Origin: Calditrichaceae bacterium
GTDB lineage: Bacteria; Calditrichota; Calditrichia; Calditrichales; JBFXGD01
Length of the DNA: 64,000 bases
NCBI GenBank assembly: GCA_050173015.1
Contig: JBFXLE010000015.1
Span: 1-64,000, forward strand
Direction of reading: 5' to 3'
Positions within the stretch are counted from its first letter, which is position 1, and each line of letters starts with the position of its first letter. The notes below the pieces were generated by a model, which saw nothing but the letters and a program-made list of their open reading frames with translations, was not told where the DNA came from and did not search any database. Of the stretch, positions 51,451 to 62,141 are shown piece after piece. The translations under genes and the position numbers were made by a program.

Positions 51451-52995
51451 ATGAAGTTGGTTAAAAATGTATTGGGTCGGGATGTGCCTGTCGAAATAAA
51501 CGGAAATAAAGCCATCCCGTTTAAAGGTATCGGTAAACATAAGCCTGCCGGAAGAAAAACGGGACCTCCCATCCCTACCGGAGCGGACTATAAAACAAAA
51601 GTTCTGAAAAATATTGACGAGGCCTTAGACCGGCTGGAATTAAAAAACGGGATGACCATTTCCTTTCATCATCATCTGCGTAACGGCGATGTCATTGTCA
51701 ATCTGATTGTTGATAAATTAGCCCAACGCGGTCTGAAGGATTTAGTTTTGGCCCCATCGGCTCTTTTCCCAGTCCATGAACCGATTGTTGAACAAATAAA
51801 AAATGGTACCGTCTCCCATGTGCTTGGGTCGATGAATGGTCCAATCGGCAAACTCTGCACAGTGGGCGGGATGAAAAAAACCGCCATTCTCAGATCTCAC
51901 GGAGGCCGCTATCGGGCCATTCAGGACGGAGATCTGCATATCGACGCGGCATTCATCGCCGCACCGACAGCGGATACTCACGGAAACGCCAACGGGGTGC
52001 ACGGTCCTTCCGCCTGCGGTCCGCTCGGCTTTGCCCTGGCCGATTCCCTTTATGCCGATAAGGTGGTCGTCATCAGTGATAATATTGTACCCTTTCCCAC
52101 CTATCCCTGGTCTATCGAGGGCGGGAATGTGGATTATGTAGTCTCTATAGATAAATTAGGTGATCCATCAAAAATTGTTTCCGGAACCACACAGATAACC
52201 ACCGAACCCGATCGTCTTAAAATCGCCTCCATGGCCGCTCAGCTTGTTCGTGACGCCGGCCTTATTTATGAGCCGGAGTTTTCATTTCAGGCCGGCGCGG
52301 GAGGAATGTCTCTGGCATTTATTCAATATATCGCCGATTATATGCGCGAAAAGAACATTGTCGCCGACTTTGTCCGCGGCGGTTCCACACAGCTTCTTGT
52401 CAACATGCTTAAAGAGGAAATGACCCGGTTTATTCTTGACGGTCAATCGTTCGACCTCGCCGGTGTTGAATCTCTCCGGAACAATCCGAACCATATCGAA
52501 ACCAACCCGTTCGTTTCATATAACTATCATACCAAGGGATGTTTCGCCCCCAGGGTAAAAGCATCCGTTCTCGGCGGGACAGAGATAGACCTCGATTTTA
52601 ACGTAAATGTCAACACGCATTCTGACGGGTGGCTGCTACACGGGATCGGCGGATTCCAGGATGCCGCCGATGCGTATATGACGATTATAACAGCGCCATT
52701 GTACCGTAAAACGAATCCCATAGTTGTTGAACGGGTTCACACCATCACCGCTCCCGGTGAAACAATTGACGCCATCGTAACTGACCACGGCATCGCCATC
52801 AATCCCAATCGCGGGGATCTGCTGGACCGTCTTAAAAACAGCAATCTTCCGATTATCTCGATTGAGGAGTTGCATGATAAAGCTATCGGATTCACCGGCA
52901 AACCGGAAAAACCCAAGACCAAAGATAATGTGGTCGCGGTGATTGAATGGCGGGATGGCACAATTATAGATTCAGTTCGAGAACTTGATATTTAA
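51451..52995 (+). CDS. citF: Citrate lyase alpha subunit / citrate CoA-transferase
   Basis: TISFHHHLRNGD, LRSHGGR, SFQAGAGG, GIGGFQD, VTDHGIAINP, EWRDGTIID. Confidence 0.93.
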   Translation: MKLVKNVLGRDVPVEINGNKAIPFKGIGKHKPAGRKTGPPIPTGADYKTKVLKNIDEALDRLELKNGMTISFHHHLRNGDVIVNLIVDKLAQRGLKDLVLAPSALFPVHEPIVEQIKNGTVSHVLGSMNGPIGKLCTVGGMKKTAILRSHGGRYRAIQDGDLHIDAAFIAAPTADTHGNANGVHGPSACGPLGFALADSLYADKVVVISDNIVPFPTYPWSIEGGNVDYVVSIDKLGDPSKIVSGTTQITTEPDRLKIASMAAQLVRDAGLIYEPEFSFQAGAGGMSLAFIQYIADYMREKNIVADFVRGGSTQLLVNMLKEEMTRFILDGQSFDLAGVESLRNNPNHIETNPFVSYNYHTKGCFAPRVKASVLGGTEIDLDFNVNVNTHSDGWLLHGIGGFQDAADAYMTIITAPLYRKTNPIVVERVHTITAPGETIDAIVTDHGIAINPNRGDLLDRLKNSNLPIISIEELHDKAIGFTGKPEKPKTKDNVVAVIEWRDGTIIDSVRELDI

Positions 52996-53038
52996 TTTCA
53001 GCTTATCTTAACCGGCGCATAACATCTCGCTACAAAAG

Positions 53039-53070
53039 AAAAGAGGCCATCTGACAGACGGCCTCTTTTT
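53039..53070. terminator. Bidirectional terminator
   Basis: AAAAGAGGCC.TCTG..CAGA.GGCCTCTTTT. Confidence 0.85.
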
Positions 53071-53081
53071 ATAATAACAGA

Positions 53082-53633
53082 CTATTTCTTTTTGCCGGTT
53101 ATTGAATTTTTCTTCTTCGCTTTACGCTCAAGATAATCCGGGTGCGATGTCAGATTGTGCGACATGAACACATGCTGAATTTCATTCCCGAATCCCTGCT
53201 GTTTAAAGAATTGTATCGCCGCCTTATTGCTTTTTTCCGTATCGACAATCATCATTCTGGCCCCATCTTCGATAAACTTATCCCGAAGCCGGCTGGTTAG
53301 CCGTTTTCCTATACCCTGTCTTTTTATATCCGGTTCAACACCGAGCCAGAGTATCCAACCGTAGCTCCATGCGCTGTGTCTTTTTGTTATAAAGGTTCCC
53401 AAAACAAAACCGGCAAAAACATCATCCAATTCGGCGACAAGACAAAAATCGCCATCTGAGGCAAATAATCCTACGATCTCATATTCATCCCAGGTGCGGT
53501 GAAGGTTCGGCCATTTTTCGGCTGTAAACAATTTTTCACCAAGAGCAAATACAGCCGGAAGGTCCTCCAGTTCCATTTCCCGAATATACACATTTCCTGC
53601 CGGACCCTTTTTCTTACCTGTTTGCGTAGCCAT
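53082..53633 (-). CDS. GNAT family N-acetyltransferase
   Basis: LGVEPDIKRQGIG acetyl-CoA motif; N..AIQFFKQQGF; start uncertain. Confidence 0.9.
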   Translation of the reverse strand: MATQTGKKKGPAGNVYIREMELEDLPAVFALGEKLFTAEKWPNLHRTWDEYEIVGLFASDGDFCLVAELDDVFAGFVLGTFITKRHSAWSYGWILWLGVEPDIKRQGIGKRLTSRLRDKFIEDGARMMIVDTEKSNKAAIQFFKQQGFGNEIQHVFMSHNLTSHPDYLERKAKKKNSITGKKK

Positions 53634-53851
53634 AAATTTCCCATGATAGTTCCACATCAACAATTAAGTCAATCAACTTTGAATATTACTCAAAAATAAC
53701 GCCTGATCAAGACAAATCTTTCCCAAATTTTGATTCATTTCTAAAGAATATCCAATATTATTCATTTTTTTGAAATATAATTTGATTGACAAAAGTTTGG
53801 CAGATTTAAGAACCAAAACAATTACTTTTGTTGATTTTTAAGGAGTATTTT

Positions 53852-54559
53852 ATGCGATTTAATATATATCCTGTTTTATTGTTAATATTTTTATTTGTCG
53901 GTACCGGGCTTGCCGATCGTAGAAGTTACGTTTGGACCTATCAGTACATGACCCTTCCGGCGGGATTAACTGAACTGGAGTTTTACCAGACCACACGCCT
54001 GAGCGATACCGATCTGTGGGAATACAGAATCGAAATAGAACACGGTTTCACCGACAGGTGGGATTTTTCCGTTTATCAGATTTTTAGTCAGCTTGAAGAT
54101 GAAGCTTTTAAATGGGATGCTGTGCAGTTTCGCACCCGGTACAGAATCGGGGAAGTGGATCAGTATTTTATGGATCCCCTTCTTTATCTGGAATACCGTC
54201 GAAAAACTGACTTTAGCGAGGCCAACAAACTGGAAGCTAAACTCATTCTCGCGAAAACACTCTCAAAATTTAATCTTGCGATAAATCCGGTCTATGAATA
54301 TTTCTTCGCACCGGGTGCGGAACATGAGGCCGGACTCGACGCGGGAATTTCCTGGGAATTCAGTCCTAAATTTGTAGCCGGAATGGAATCAACCACCCGA
54401 TTTGAATTCAAAGATACAGAAACTGAAGTTGGGAGCTATCTCGGGCCGACAGTGTCATTTGCTTCCGGCAACTGGTGGTACACCATAGGCGCGGCCTGGG
54501 GACTGACCAGTGATTCTGATGACGCCAGGGTACGCTTTTTAATGGGTATTGAGTTATGA
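53852..54559 (+). CDS. Exported hypothetical protein, probable small outer-membrane beta-barrel
   Basis: AAGGAG RBS; signal peptide; amphipathic aromatic-rich strands; ATGA-coupled to a cytochrome c gene. Confidence 0.7.
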   Translation: MRFNIYPVLLLIFLFVGTGLADRRSYVWTYQYMTLPAGLTELEFYQTTRLSDTDLWEYRIEIEHGFTDRWDFSVYQIFSQLEDEAFKWDAVQFRTRYRIGEVDQYFMDPLLYLEYRRKTDFSEANKLEAKLILAKTLSKFNLAINPVYEYFFAPGAEHEAGLDAGISWEFSPKFVAGMESTTRFEFKDTETEVGSYLGPTVSFASGNWWYTIGAAWGLTSDSDDARVRFLMGIEL

Positions 54560-54819
54560 CGAAGTTTTCAGGTTTTTTCATAGTATTGCTGTCCGCCGGA
54601 GTAATCCTGCATTGTTCCGCATCGAAACAAAACAAAAAACCAATGACTGAAGGGGAGCAATTATTCAAGGCAAAATGCCGGTCTTGTCATACACTGCCAA
54701 ATCCTGAAAAATTTGATGACAACGGGTGGGTTCCGGTAGTGACCAAATACGGAGAACGGGCCAAACTGAATAATGAACAAATCAGACTTATTATTAAATA
54801 TTTACAAGATAATAACTAA
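54556..54819 (+). CDS. Small monoheme cytochrome c lipoprotein
   Basis: Hydrophobic leader ending ILHC; GEQLFKAKCRSCH. Confidence 0.85.
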   Translation: MTKFSGFFIVLLSAGVILHCSASKQNKKPMTEGEQLFKAKCRSCHTLPNPEKFDDNGWVPVVTKYGERAKLNNEQIRLIIKYLQDNN

Positions 54820-54823
54820 ATTT

Positions 54824-54863
54824 AAAAAAACCGGAGATATGAGAATATTTCCGGTTTTTTTTT
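54824..54863. terminator. Bidirectional terminator
   Basis: A7-CCGGA.ATAT...ATAT.TCCGG-T-run. Confidence 0.8.
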
Positions 54864-54942
54864 CGTTGTGACGTCATCACTCGATTTTTGTCGGGGGAGG
54901 CACGGCTGTGACGTCTGATTTTTCAGCGTTGCAGCTTTATTT

Positions 54943-55980
54943 TTATTGAGCGTGATTGTATTCCGGGCTGTTGATGTTTTGTATCCGGACACGATATTCA
55001 GCTTCAGAGATTTTGTTCTTCCAGTGACCGGACAGCATCGCGGCACCGGTACCAAGCATAAATACTCCAACAATAATCACCCCATACACCCAAACCGGTA
55101 TCGGCTTAGACTTCTTAGTAATTTTGAACTGGAGGGCCTCGTCAACCGGGCATGCGGTAATGCACTCGCCACAGGCCATACATTCATCGGAATATACGCG
55201 GTTCGCCTTATGCACCTGAATCAAAGAGGGGCAGACTTTTGTACATTTTTTGCAGTCGATGCAGGTTTCTTCATCTCTTGTGACCTTAACCGGACTAAAC
55301 ATGCTTAAAAATCCCAGCAGCGCCCCATAAGGACAGAGATACCGGCACCAGAAATTTTTAACAACCACTGAAAGAACCACAAGAATTAGAATTGACCACA
55401 TGGCAAATTCACTAATGTTCGCAAAAAACAACAGCATTTTTACATCTGCCAGCTTGTTGTAGGGACTTTCGATAAACATTTTAAGAGCAAACTCGTTCAT
55501 TCCCAACAAGATGGCGTTCGCGAAAAATATCAAGATGAGATACTTTAACGATCTTAGCGGGTAGTCGAGCCATTTAGGCAGGGCAAAAGTTCTTCCGAAT
55601 ATTTTCTGACCAAAATTCCAAAGCATCTCGGATATGAAACCGACCGGGCAGATCCAGCTGCAAAATCCTTTTTTTAAGAATACGGCGGTAAACACAAATA
55701 TCAGAAATAACACAAGAGCCGAAGGATGAATCATGCTGAATTCCCCGCTCAATATCCAATATTTGAGACTTACCAGCGCTCCGATCGGGAGAAATCCCTC
55801 CACACCCGGAGGACGTTCAAATCGCGCCGTTTGCCCGCCGCTAAGGTGATACTCAACAAATCCGTAGAATTCATATCCGATCCATAAGATCAGCAATAAA
55901 AATCCGAGCTGAACACTAAAACGGACATTTTGGCCATGCCTCAGCCAGTGATATATATCTAAAAATATCTTCTTTATCAT
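54943..55980 (-). CDS. Membrane 4Fe-4S binding protein (NapH/MauN-like polyferredoxin)
   Basis: FCSWICP, WCRYLCP, CIDCKKCTKVCP, CMACGECITACP. Confidence 0.92.
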   Translation of the reverse strand: MIKKIFLDIYHWLRHGQNVRFSVQLGFLLLILWIGYEFYGFVEYHLSGGQTARFERPPGVEGFLPIGALVSLKYWILSGEFSMIHPSALVLFLIFVFTAVFLKKGFCSWICPVGFISEMLWNFGQKIFGRTFALPKWLDYPLRSLKYLILIFFANAILLGMNEFALKMFIESPYNKLADVKMLLFFANISEFAMWSILILVVLSVVVKNFWCRYLCPYGALLGFLSMFSPVKVTRDEETCIDCKKCTKVCPSLIQVHKANRVYSDECMACGECITACPVDEALQFKITKKSKPIPVWVYGVIIVGVFMLGTGAAMLSGHWKNKISEAEYRVRIQNINSPEYNHAQ

Positions 55981-56298
55981 TTTAATCCGCCAAACAACAT
56001 ACAATTACTATAACATGGTAGCAATTTAATTATCCGGTCATGTTTTTGCAATAAAATAAAAAATTAATGACCATAATCGCGCTCCAAAACCGACCAAGAT
56101 TTAATGGATTATTGTTCGGAATCAGTTTTCGGTATCCTGAAAGAATCCTTTATAAAATTTCATTAAAATCCGCTGTTAAAAAAACGGCTGATTTCATTTT
56201 TTATGAGATTTAAGGTTTTTATTCCTGTTGAATTAATACTCTCATGTTTATATTTTGCATCTTAATCTTTGTGCCATAAAAAGGTATTTACGGATATA

Positions 56299-57000
56299 AT
56301 GAAATTTAAAGACAAGCTGATCGAGGGAACCCTGATAAAAAGATACAAAAGGTTCCTTGCTGACGTAAAATTAAAGGACGGAACATTTTTAACGGTTCAT
56401 TGCCCAAATTCCGGCAGCATGAAAACCTGCAAAGAACCCGGCTGGAAAGTAATGCTAAGCGATTCCGGAAACCCGAAACGAAAATTTCGTTATACATGGG
56501 AAATGGTGCATAACGGTATCTGCTGGATCGGCATCAACACTCATCTTGCCAACCGCGCGGCCGTTGAGGCTATTCAGAATCAATGGATCCCTGAACTGAG
56601 CGGATATGACAAACTAAAAACAGAGGTGGGTTATGGCAAAAACAGCCGCATCGACATCCTTTTGGAAAATCATCGGCAGCTCTGTTATGTCGAAGTGAAA
56701 AACGTAACCCTGGTCGAAGAGGACGGTTATTATAAATTTCCCGATTCGGTGACTGAACGCGGGCGGAAACATCTTTATGAGCTTGCCGATATGGTGAAAC
56801 AGGGTCACCGGGCGGTGATGCTATATGTTATTCAGCGGAGCGACGGCAGCGTCTTCCGTCCGGCCGCGCATATTGATACCGCTTATTCTGAGAGTCTTAA
56901 AGAGGTTCATCAGATGGGAGTGGAGATTTTAGCATACCGCGCTGATGTCACTCCCGGGAAAATAGAATTAAAACACAAGACAGATTATTTTTTAGGATAG
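56299..57000 (+). CDS. sfsA: DNA/RNA nuclease SfsA
   Basis: RYKRFLADV, HCPNSGSM, SRID, EVKNVT, FPDSVTERGRKHL. Confidence 0.95.
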   Translation: MKFKDKLIEGTLIKRYKRFLADVKLKDGTFLTVHCPNSGSMKTCKEPGWKVMLSDSGNPKRKFRYTWEMVHNGICWIGINTHLANRAAVEAIQNQWIPELSGYDKLKTEVGYGKNSRIDILLENHRQLCYVEVKNVTLVEEDGYYKFPDSVTERGRKHLYELADMVKQGHRAVMLYVIQRSDGSVFRPAAHIDTAYSESLKEVHQMGVEILAYRADVTPGKIELKHKTDYFLG

Positions 57001-57007
57001 ACAAATT

Positions 57008-57799
57008 ATGCCCAAAAGATACGGCTTCACCAAAGAATTCGAAACAATACGCGAAAATCTTCATTTTGTCCTGGTATCGCCTGAATCTCCCGGGAATATC
57101 GGCGCTGTGGCCAGGGCGATAAAGACCTGCGGTTTTAAAAAACTGATCCTGGTGAATCCATGCGACCTGAATCATCTTGATTTGAGGATGATGGCTCATC
57201 GTTCCATCGAAATTATTGAAAACGCGAAAATTGTGGACTCATTTGATGAAGCGATAGCCGATATGCACCTAACCATAGGCACAACAATGAGGAATCGTCA
57301 CTTTAAATTTCCTTTCATTGGTCCGAAAGAGACCGCGATCCGTCTTCAGGAAACAGCGCGCCAATATCCCGTCGCGATTGTATTCGGCAGAGAAAGAACC
57401 GGCCTTACCAATGAGGAATTAACCAAATGTCATATACATTCAAGCATCGCTACGGCTACTCAAAATCCGGCGTTAAATCTGTCACAGGCGGTAATGATCT
57501 ACGCGTACACTTTTTTTGAAATACAGAATGAGGTGGAGAAAAATTATACCTATGATCTGGCATCTCAAAACGAACTGGAAATTTATTATCAGCATCTGAT
57601 CGATTCACTGAAGCGGGTCAATTTTCTTCCCCGTGACGGATATGACAAATTTATCATCCGGGTTAAACGGATGCTGGGCCGGTCCATGGCGGAAAAACGT
57701 GATGTGAGACTACTCCACAAGTTACTGCAGATTTTTGAAACCAGGATCACAGATCTTGAAAAAATGAATCAAAATCATGATAAAAGAGAAATATTTTAA
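57008..57799 (+). CDS. SPOUT RNA methyltransferase, TrmJ/LasT family
   Basis: PGNIGAVARA, VFGRERTGLTNEEL, LNLSQAV. Confidence 0.92.
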   Translation: MPKRYGFTKEFETIRENLHFVLVSPESPGNIGAVARAIKTCGFKKLILVNPCDLNHLDLRMMAHRSIEIIENAKIVDSFDEAIADMHLTIGTTMRNRHFKFPFIGPKETAIRLQETARQYPVAIVFGRERTGLTNEELTKCHIHSSIATATQNPALNLSQAVMIYAYTFFEIQNEVEKNYTYDLASQNELEIYYQHLIDSLKRVNFLPRDGYDKFIIRVKRMLGRSMAEKRDVRLLHKLLQIFETRITDLEKMNQNHDKREIF

Positions 57800-57970
57800 C
57801 AATTCATCCCTGTTCACTGTGTTTCGGACTTAACAATTTTCTTTCAATTCCAAGGAATTTGATTCATAAAATCTACGTTATTTCAAAATGAACGTGATCA
57901 AATCATTTTGTTATTTAAGTGTTTAATTTTGTTACCGTAGTTCATATATAATCAAAAATTGAGGTAAAAA

Positions 57971-58492
57971 ATGGCAAACATTCCTGAAAATCTTGAAGAT
58001 ATTTTAAAAAAATCAATTCAGCTTGAGGAAGAAGGAAAAAAGTTCTATCTGGAGTCTGCAAAAAAAATCAAAAATTCACTCGGCAAACGGATGCTGGAGC
58101 GTCTCGCGGCAGATGAAGTTCATCACATCGAACGGATCAAAGAAATTTATGAAGCGATTACCGATGACAAAGTAGATGACTTTGTTGTTTCCGAGGCTAA
58201 TCCCGTGTCATTTAACGATATTTTCAACCGGATGAAAGAGCAGCTTCAGGACGCGGTTGAGGAAATGTCTGAAACCGGCGTGGATGACGCGGAGATGATC
58301 GAAATGGCGCTCGAGCTTGAACATCACGGTCACTTTTTTTACGCTGACGCCGCAAAGAAGGTAAAAGACAAAAAGGTAAAACAGTTCTATGAAATGTTGG
58401 CTGAAGAAGAAAAGGCCCACTACGATGTACTGCGAAAAACACACGGTTTTCTCGAAGATCCGGGGTTGTTCTTCAGTATGGCTCATCATTAA
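57971..58492 (+). CDS. Ferritin-like / rubrerythrin family protein
   Basis: Duplicated E..G..FY...E..H diiron motifs. Confidence 0.88.
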   Translation: MANIPENLEDILKKSIQLEEEGKKFYLESAKKIKNSLGKRMLERLAADEVHHIERIKEIYEAITDDKVDDFVVSEANPVSFNDIFNRMKEQLQDAVEEMSETGVDDAEMIEMALELEHHGHFFYADAAKKVKDKKVKQFYEMLAEEEKAHYDVLRKTHGFLEDPGLFFSMAHH

Positions 58493-58520
58493 AAAAAAAG
58501 CCGGTTCACGCCGGCTTTTT
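58491..58520. terminator. Bidirectional terminator
   Basis: A-run, GCCGG..CCGGC stem, T5. Confidence 0.85.
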
Positions 58521-58540
58521 CTATTTTTACTCCGTTTTTA

Positions 58541-59614
58541 TCAATCCACCCAATCAGCGATAAAAACATTTGTATCTCTCGGATTCCGGTTAAAACGGTT
58601 AGAAGCAAACACCAGTTTCTTGCCGTCGCGCGTAAACATCGGGAATCCGTCAAAATTGTCAAAAAAGGTGATTTGCTCTAATCCCGTTCCGTCTTCATTA
58701 ATCATCCAGATATTAAAATCCGGTTTACGCCGGTCGACGCTGTTTAAATTCGAACAAAACAGAATGCGATTATTATCAGGATGATAAAACGGAGCAAAAT
58801 TGGCAAATTCGTTATCCGTCACCTGATGCTTGTTATTCCCATCCGCGTCCATCACCCAAATCTGAAAGGCATTAGGCTCAATCAGTTCTTCTGAGAGAAG
58901 ATCCTTATATCTTTTTATTTCTTCTTCGGTTTTAGGGTGATATGAACGGTACACAATCTTACTTCCGTCCCATGAAAAGAACGGGCCGCCGTCATAACCT
59001 GTTTCGGTTGTTAACCGTTTCAGATCGCTACCGTCAATATTCGCCGTGTAAATATCCAGATCTCCGTCACGCATTGATGTGAATACTATTTTATCACCCT
59101 TTGGAGATATAGTCGCTTCCGCGTCGTAACCCGGGGAGGCCAAAAACGGCTCGGGATTACTCCCGTCAGAATTAGCGATATACAAATCAAAACTGTTATA
59201 AACTTTCCATACATACCCCTTTGAGAAATCCGCGCGGGGAGGGCATTCCAAACCAGCCGCGTGTGTTGAAGCGTAGATGATTTTTTGATCACCCGGCAGG
59301 AAATACGAACATGTGGTTCTCCCTTTACCCGTACTGACCAGCGACTTACCCGATCCATCAATATTCATGGTAAATATCTGATCACATTTATATTCTCCGT
59401 GAGTGGACTGAAATATCAGCCGCTTTTCATCGAAACTAAAGTAGGCTTCCGCGTTTTCACCTTCAAACGTCAGCATTCGAATGTTCTTCAGATGCTGTTC
59501 CCGCGCAAACCGGAGCGTATCCGCGTCAGCGACGGAAGATGACTTCTGATCACTATTACCGCATGAGAACATGATAAACGAGATACTCATCATAATTAAT
59601 AATCGAATCATCAA
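58541..59614 (-). CDS. TolB-like PD40 beta-propeller lipoprotein
   Basis: Lipobox MFSC; ENAEAYFS, GYDAEATISP, GYDGGPFFS, FDGFPMF repeats. Confidence 0.9.
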   Translation of the reverse strand: MMIRLLIMMSISFIMFSCGNSDQKSSSVADADTLRFAREQHLKNIRMLTFEGENAEAYFSFDEKRLIFQSTHGEYKCDQIFTMNIDGSGKSLVSTGKGRTTCSYFLPGDQKIIYASTHAAGLECPPRADFSKGYVWKVYNSFDLYIANSDGSNPEPFLASPGYDAEATISPKGDKIVFTSMRDGDLDIYTANIDGSDLKRLTTETGYDGGPFFSWDGSKIVYRSYHPKTEEEIKRYKDLLSEELIEPNAFQIWVMDADGNNKHQVTDNEFANFAPFYHPDNNRILFCSNLNSVDRRKPDFNIWMINEDGTGLEQITFFDNFDGFPMFTRDGKKLVFASNRFNRNPRDTNVFIADWVD

Positions 59615-59687
59615 TCCTCCATTGTTATGTTCTACGGACCATTTTCGCTTTACGCTTCCAGATTATATCCATAATGTAAATATTATG

Positions 59688-59720
59688 CAAAAAAAAAGGA
59701 GATGCATGGGCACCTCCTTT
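59688..59720 (-). terminator. Terminator after ahpC
   Basis: AAAGGAG.TGC...GCA.CTCCTTT with A-run. Confidence 0.75.
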
Positions 59721-59742
59721 CTCAACATTTTTAGACCAAATA

Positions 59743-60348
59743 TTAACCCATATTAGCGGTATAGGAGCCAAAATATTCTTTCAGCCCTTCCTGATCCGCC
59801 TTCATTGATTCTTTGCCTTCTTCCCAGTTCGCCGGACAAACCTCACCATATTCTTCAGTAAATTGAAGAGCGTCCACCATACGGATCATTTCATGAATAT
59901 TACGTCCAAGAGGCAGATTGTTGATGACAGCGTGCTGCAAAACACCTTCCCTGTCAATCAGGAAAGATCCGCGTAACGCAACTCCCTCCTCTTCTAACAG
60001 AACCCCGTAATCGCGGGAAATTGTTTTTGCGAAATCTGATACGAGCGGATAGCGAATATCGCCTATTCCGCCAATCTTCACATCCTGATTTTTCCAGGCC
60101 AGGTGGCTGAAATGTGAATCTGTTGACACGCCGATGACCTGAACACCACGTTTTTCAAATTCTGATAATTGTTTGTTAAACTCTAGAATTTCCGTTGGGC
60201 ATACAAATGTGAAATCCAGCGGCCAGAAAAACAAAACTACATGTTTTCCACGGTAATCTTCAAGTTTGAAATTTTCGTTAAACGAATTATCCGGCATAAC
60301 AGCTGTTGCTTCAAATACCGGTGCGGTTTTACTAACCATTGCAGGCAT
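59743..60348 (-). CDS. ahpC: Typical 2-Cys peroxiredoxin
   Basis: DFTFVCPTE and GEVCPANW. Confidence 0.95.
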   Translation of the reverse strand: MPAMVSKTAPVFEATAVMPDNSFNENFKLEDYRGKHVVLFFWPLDFTFVCPTEILEFNKQLSEFEKRGVQVIGVSTDSHFSHLAWKNQDVKIGGIGDIRYPLVSDFAKTISRDYGVLLEEEGVALRGSFLIDREGVLQHAVINNLPLGRNIHEMIRMVDALQFTEEYGEVCPANWEEGKESMKADQEGLKEYFGSYTANMG

Positions 60349-60448
60349 CTCAAGATACTCCTTATGTTTATTTAGTTCAGTTAATCAGTTATTGTCTATA
60401 TCCCGAACCCGGACCCGGACACCTGAATGCAACGATTAAATCCTTCAA

Positions 60449-61843
60449 TTACATATGAACAGCTTCACCATCGGCGTCCCCCGCTGCTTCCATAATCATT
60501 TCTGAAAGTGTAGGATGCGCGTGCATGGTTTTGCTCAATTCGACCGGAGTCGCCTCCAGTGCCTTCGCCATTCCGAGTTCGGCAATTAATTCTGTGGCTT
60601 CCGTGCCTATAATATGAGCACCCAGAAGCTCACCGTATTTTTTATCAAATATTAGTTTTACCATCCCCTCCCGGGCGCCTATGGCGCGCGCTTTTCCGGA
60701 AGCGGAGTATGGGAATCGGCCGATTTTTAATTCAAAACCGGCTTCTTTCGCTTTTTCTTCCGTCATACCGATACTGGCAACCTGTGGCTGACAATAGGTA
60801 CAACCGGGCACACTGTTATAATCAACTTTATGCGGATTTTTACCAGCGATTTTTTCGACACAAACCATTCCCTCATGCGAGGCAACATGGGCCAGCAAAG
60901 GCGGACCGATAATATCACCGATGGCGTACACACCCTTGACGCTTGTTTCATACCACTCGTTTACCTTGATAAAACCGCGTTCCTGTTTCACACCGGCCGC
61001 ATCCAGATTCAGATTTTCAATATTTCCCTGAATACCGATGGCCATGAGCGCTTTATCTGCTTTCAGCACTTCCTTTTTACCATCAGCGGAAATGGTAACT
61101 TCTACACCCTTCGCCGATTTTTTTAATGATTCGACCTTCGTTGATAAGTGCGTTTTTATTCCGCTTTTCTTAAATGATTTCTCAAGAATGGTAGTTATTT
61201 CTTTGTCTTCGATCGGAAGAAGACTGTCAAGCATTTCTACGACTGTTACCTTCGTTCCGATGGTGTTGTAGAAATAGGCAAACTCAACCCCGATTGCCCC
61301 CGCCCCTATAACCACAAGTGACTCGGGCTGCTTATCCAGTGACATGGCTTCGCGGCTGCTGATGACCTTGTCCCCGTCGATTTCAACACCGGGAATGGTT
61401 CTTGGACGTCCGCCGGTAGCGATGATGACATTTTTGGCGCCGACTTCGGTTTTATTGCCATCCTTATCGGTAACCTCGACCAAACCTGCTTTCTTTAGCT
61501 TACCTGTGCCGTATATGACATCAATTTTGTTCTTCTTCATCAGGAATTCGACACCCTTTGAATTGGTATCGGCAACCCTTCGGCTGCGTTTTATCACCGC
61601 CGGGAAATCGACGGATACATTATCCACTTTAAATCCGTGATCCTTCGCGTGTGTAATCTCTTCATACACTTCCGCGCTTTTCAACAAGGCCTTTGTCGGG
61701 ATACATCCCCAGTTAAGACAAATTCCGCCCAGCTTATCCCTCTCAATCAGAGCTGTTTTCAAATTTAACTGAGCCGCCCGGATTGCCGTAACATATCCGC
61801 CCGGACCCGAACCTATTATCAATACATCATATTGCTGTGCCAT
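60449..61843 (-). CDS. lpdA: Dihydrolipoyl dehydrogenase
   Basis: GSGPGG, GGICLNWGCIPTK, GAGAIG, HAHPTLSE; start at MAQQY after GGAG. Confidence 0.96.
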   Translation of the reverse strand: MAQQYDVLIIGSGPGGYVTAIRAAQLNLKTALIERDKLGGICLNWGCIPTKALLKSAEVYEEITHAKDHGFKVDNVSVDFPAVIKRSRRVADTNSKGVEFLMKKNKIDVIYGTGKLKKAGLVEVTDKDGNKTEVGAKNVIIATGGRPRTIPGVEIDGDKVISSREAMSLDKQPESLVVIGAGAIGVEFAYFYNTIGTKVTVVEMLDSLLPIEDKEITTILEKSFKKSGIKTHLSTKVESLKKSAKGVEVTISADGKKEVLKADKALMAIGIQGNIENLNLDAAGVKQERGFIKVNEWYETSVKGVYAIGDIIGPPLLAHVASHEGMVCVEKIAGKNPHKVDYNSVPGCTYCQPQVASIGMTEEKAKEAGFELKIGRFPYSASGKARAIGAREGMVKLIFDKKYGELLGAHIIGTEATELIAELGMAKALEATPVELSKTMHAHPTLSEMIMEAAGDADGEAVHM

Positions 61844-62141
61844 ACTCTCTCCTGCTAATTGATTCACATTTTATCAATACACACAAGCCATTTGTTTATG
61901 GTTAGTTTGGATTAAAATAGATTGATGTACGATAAATGTCAAGCGTAAGTTCCGGGAGTGTTGAAGGCAGTTTAGCACTGATACATCCTTGTGTTAATGG
62001 TGTTGATTTTTTCGAAACGCAAATATTATATTAATATTCCCTTTCATCGGAAAACTATGTATTTTTTTTATAATACAGGATTAAAAATGGGTTTCCGCCG
62101 CTTTTATATTATCTGATTTTCAAACCAGCGGAAAGGTTATT

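Noticed and set aside
61972-61997. CIRCE-like inverted repeat TTAGCAC-N12-GTGTTAA
   Set aside because: Spacing is one base short of CIRCE, the inner bases mismatch, and it is not next to a chaperone gene
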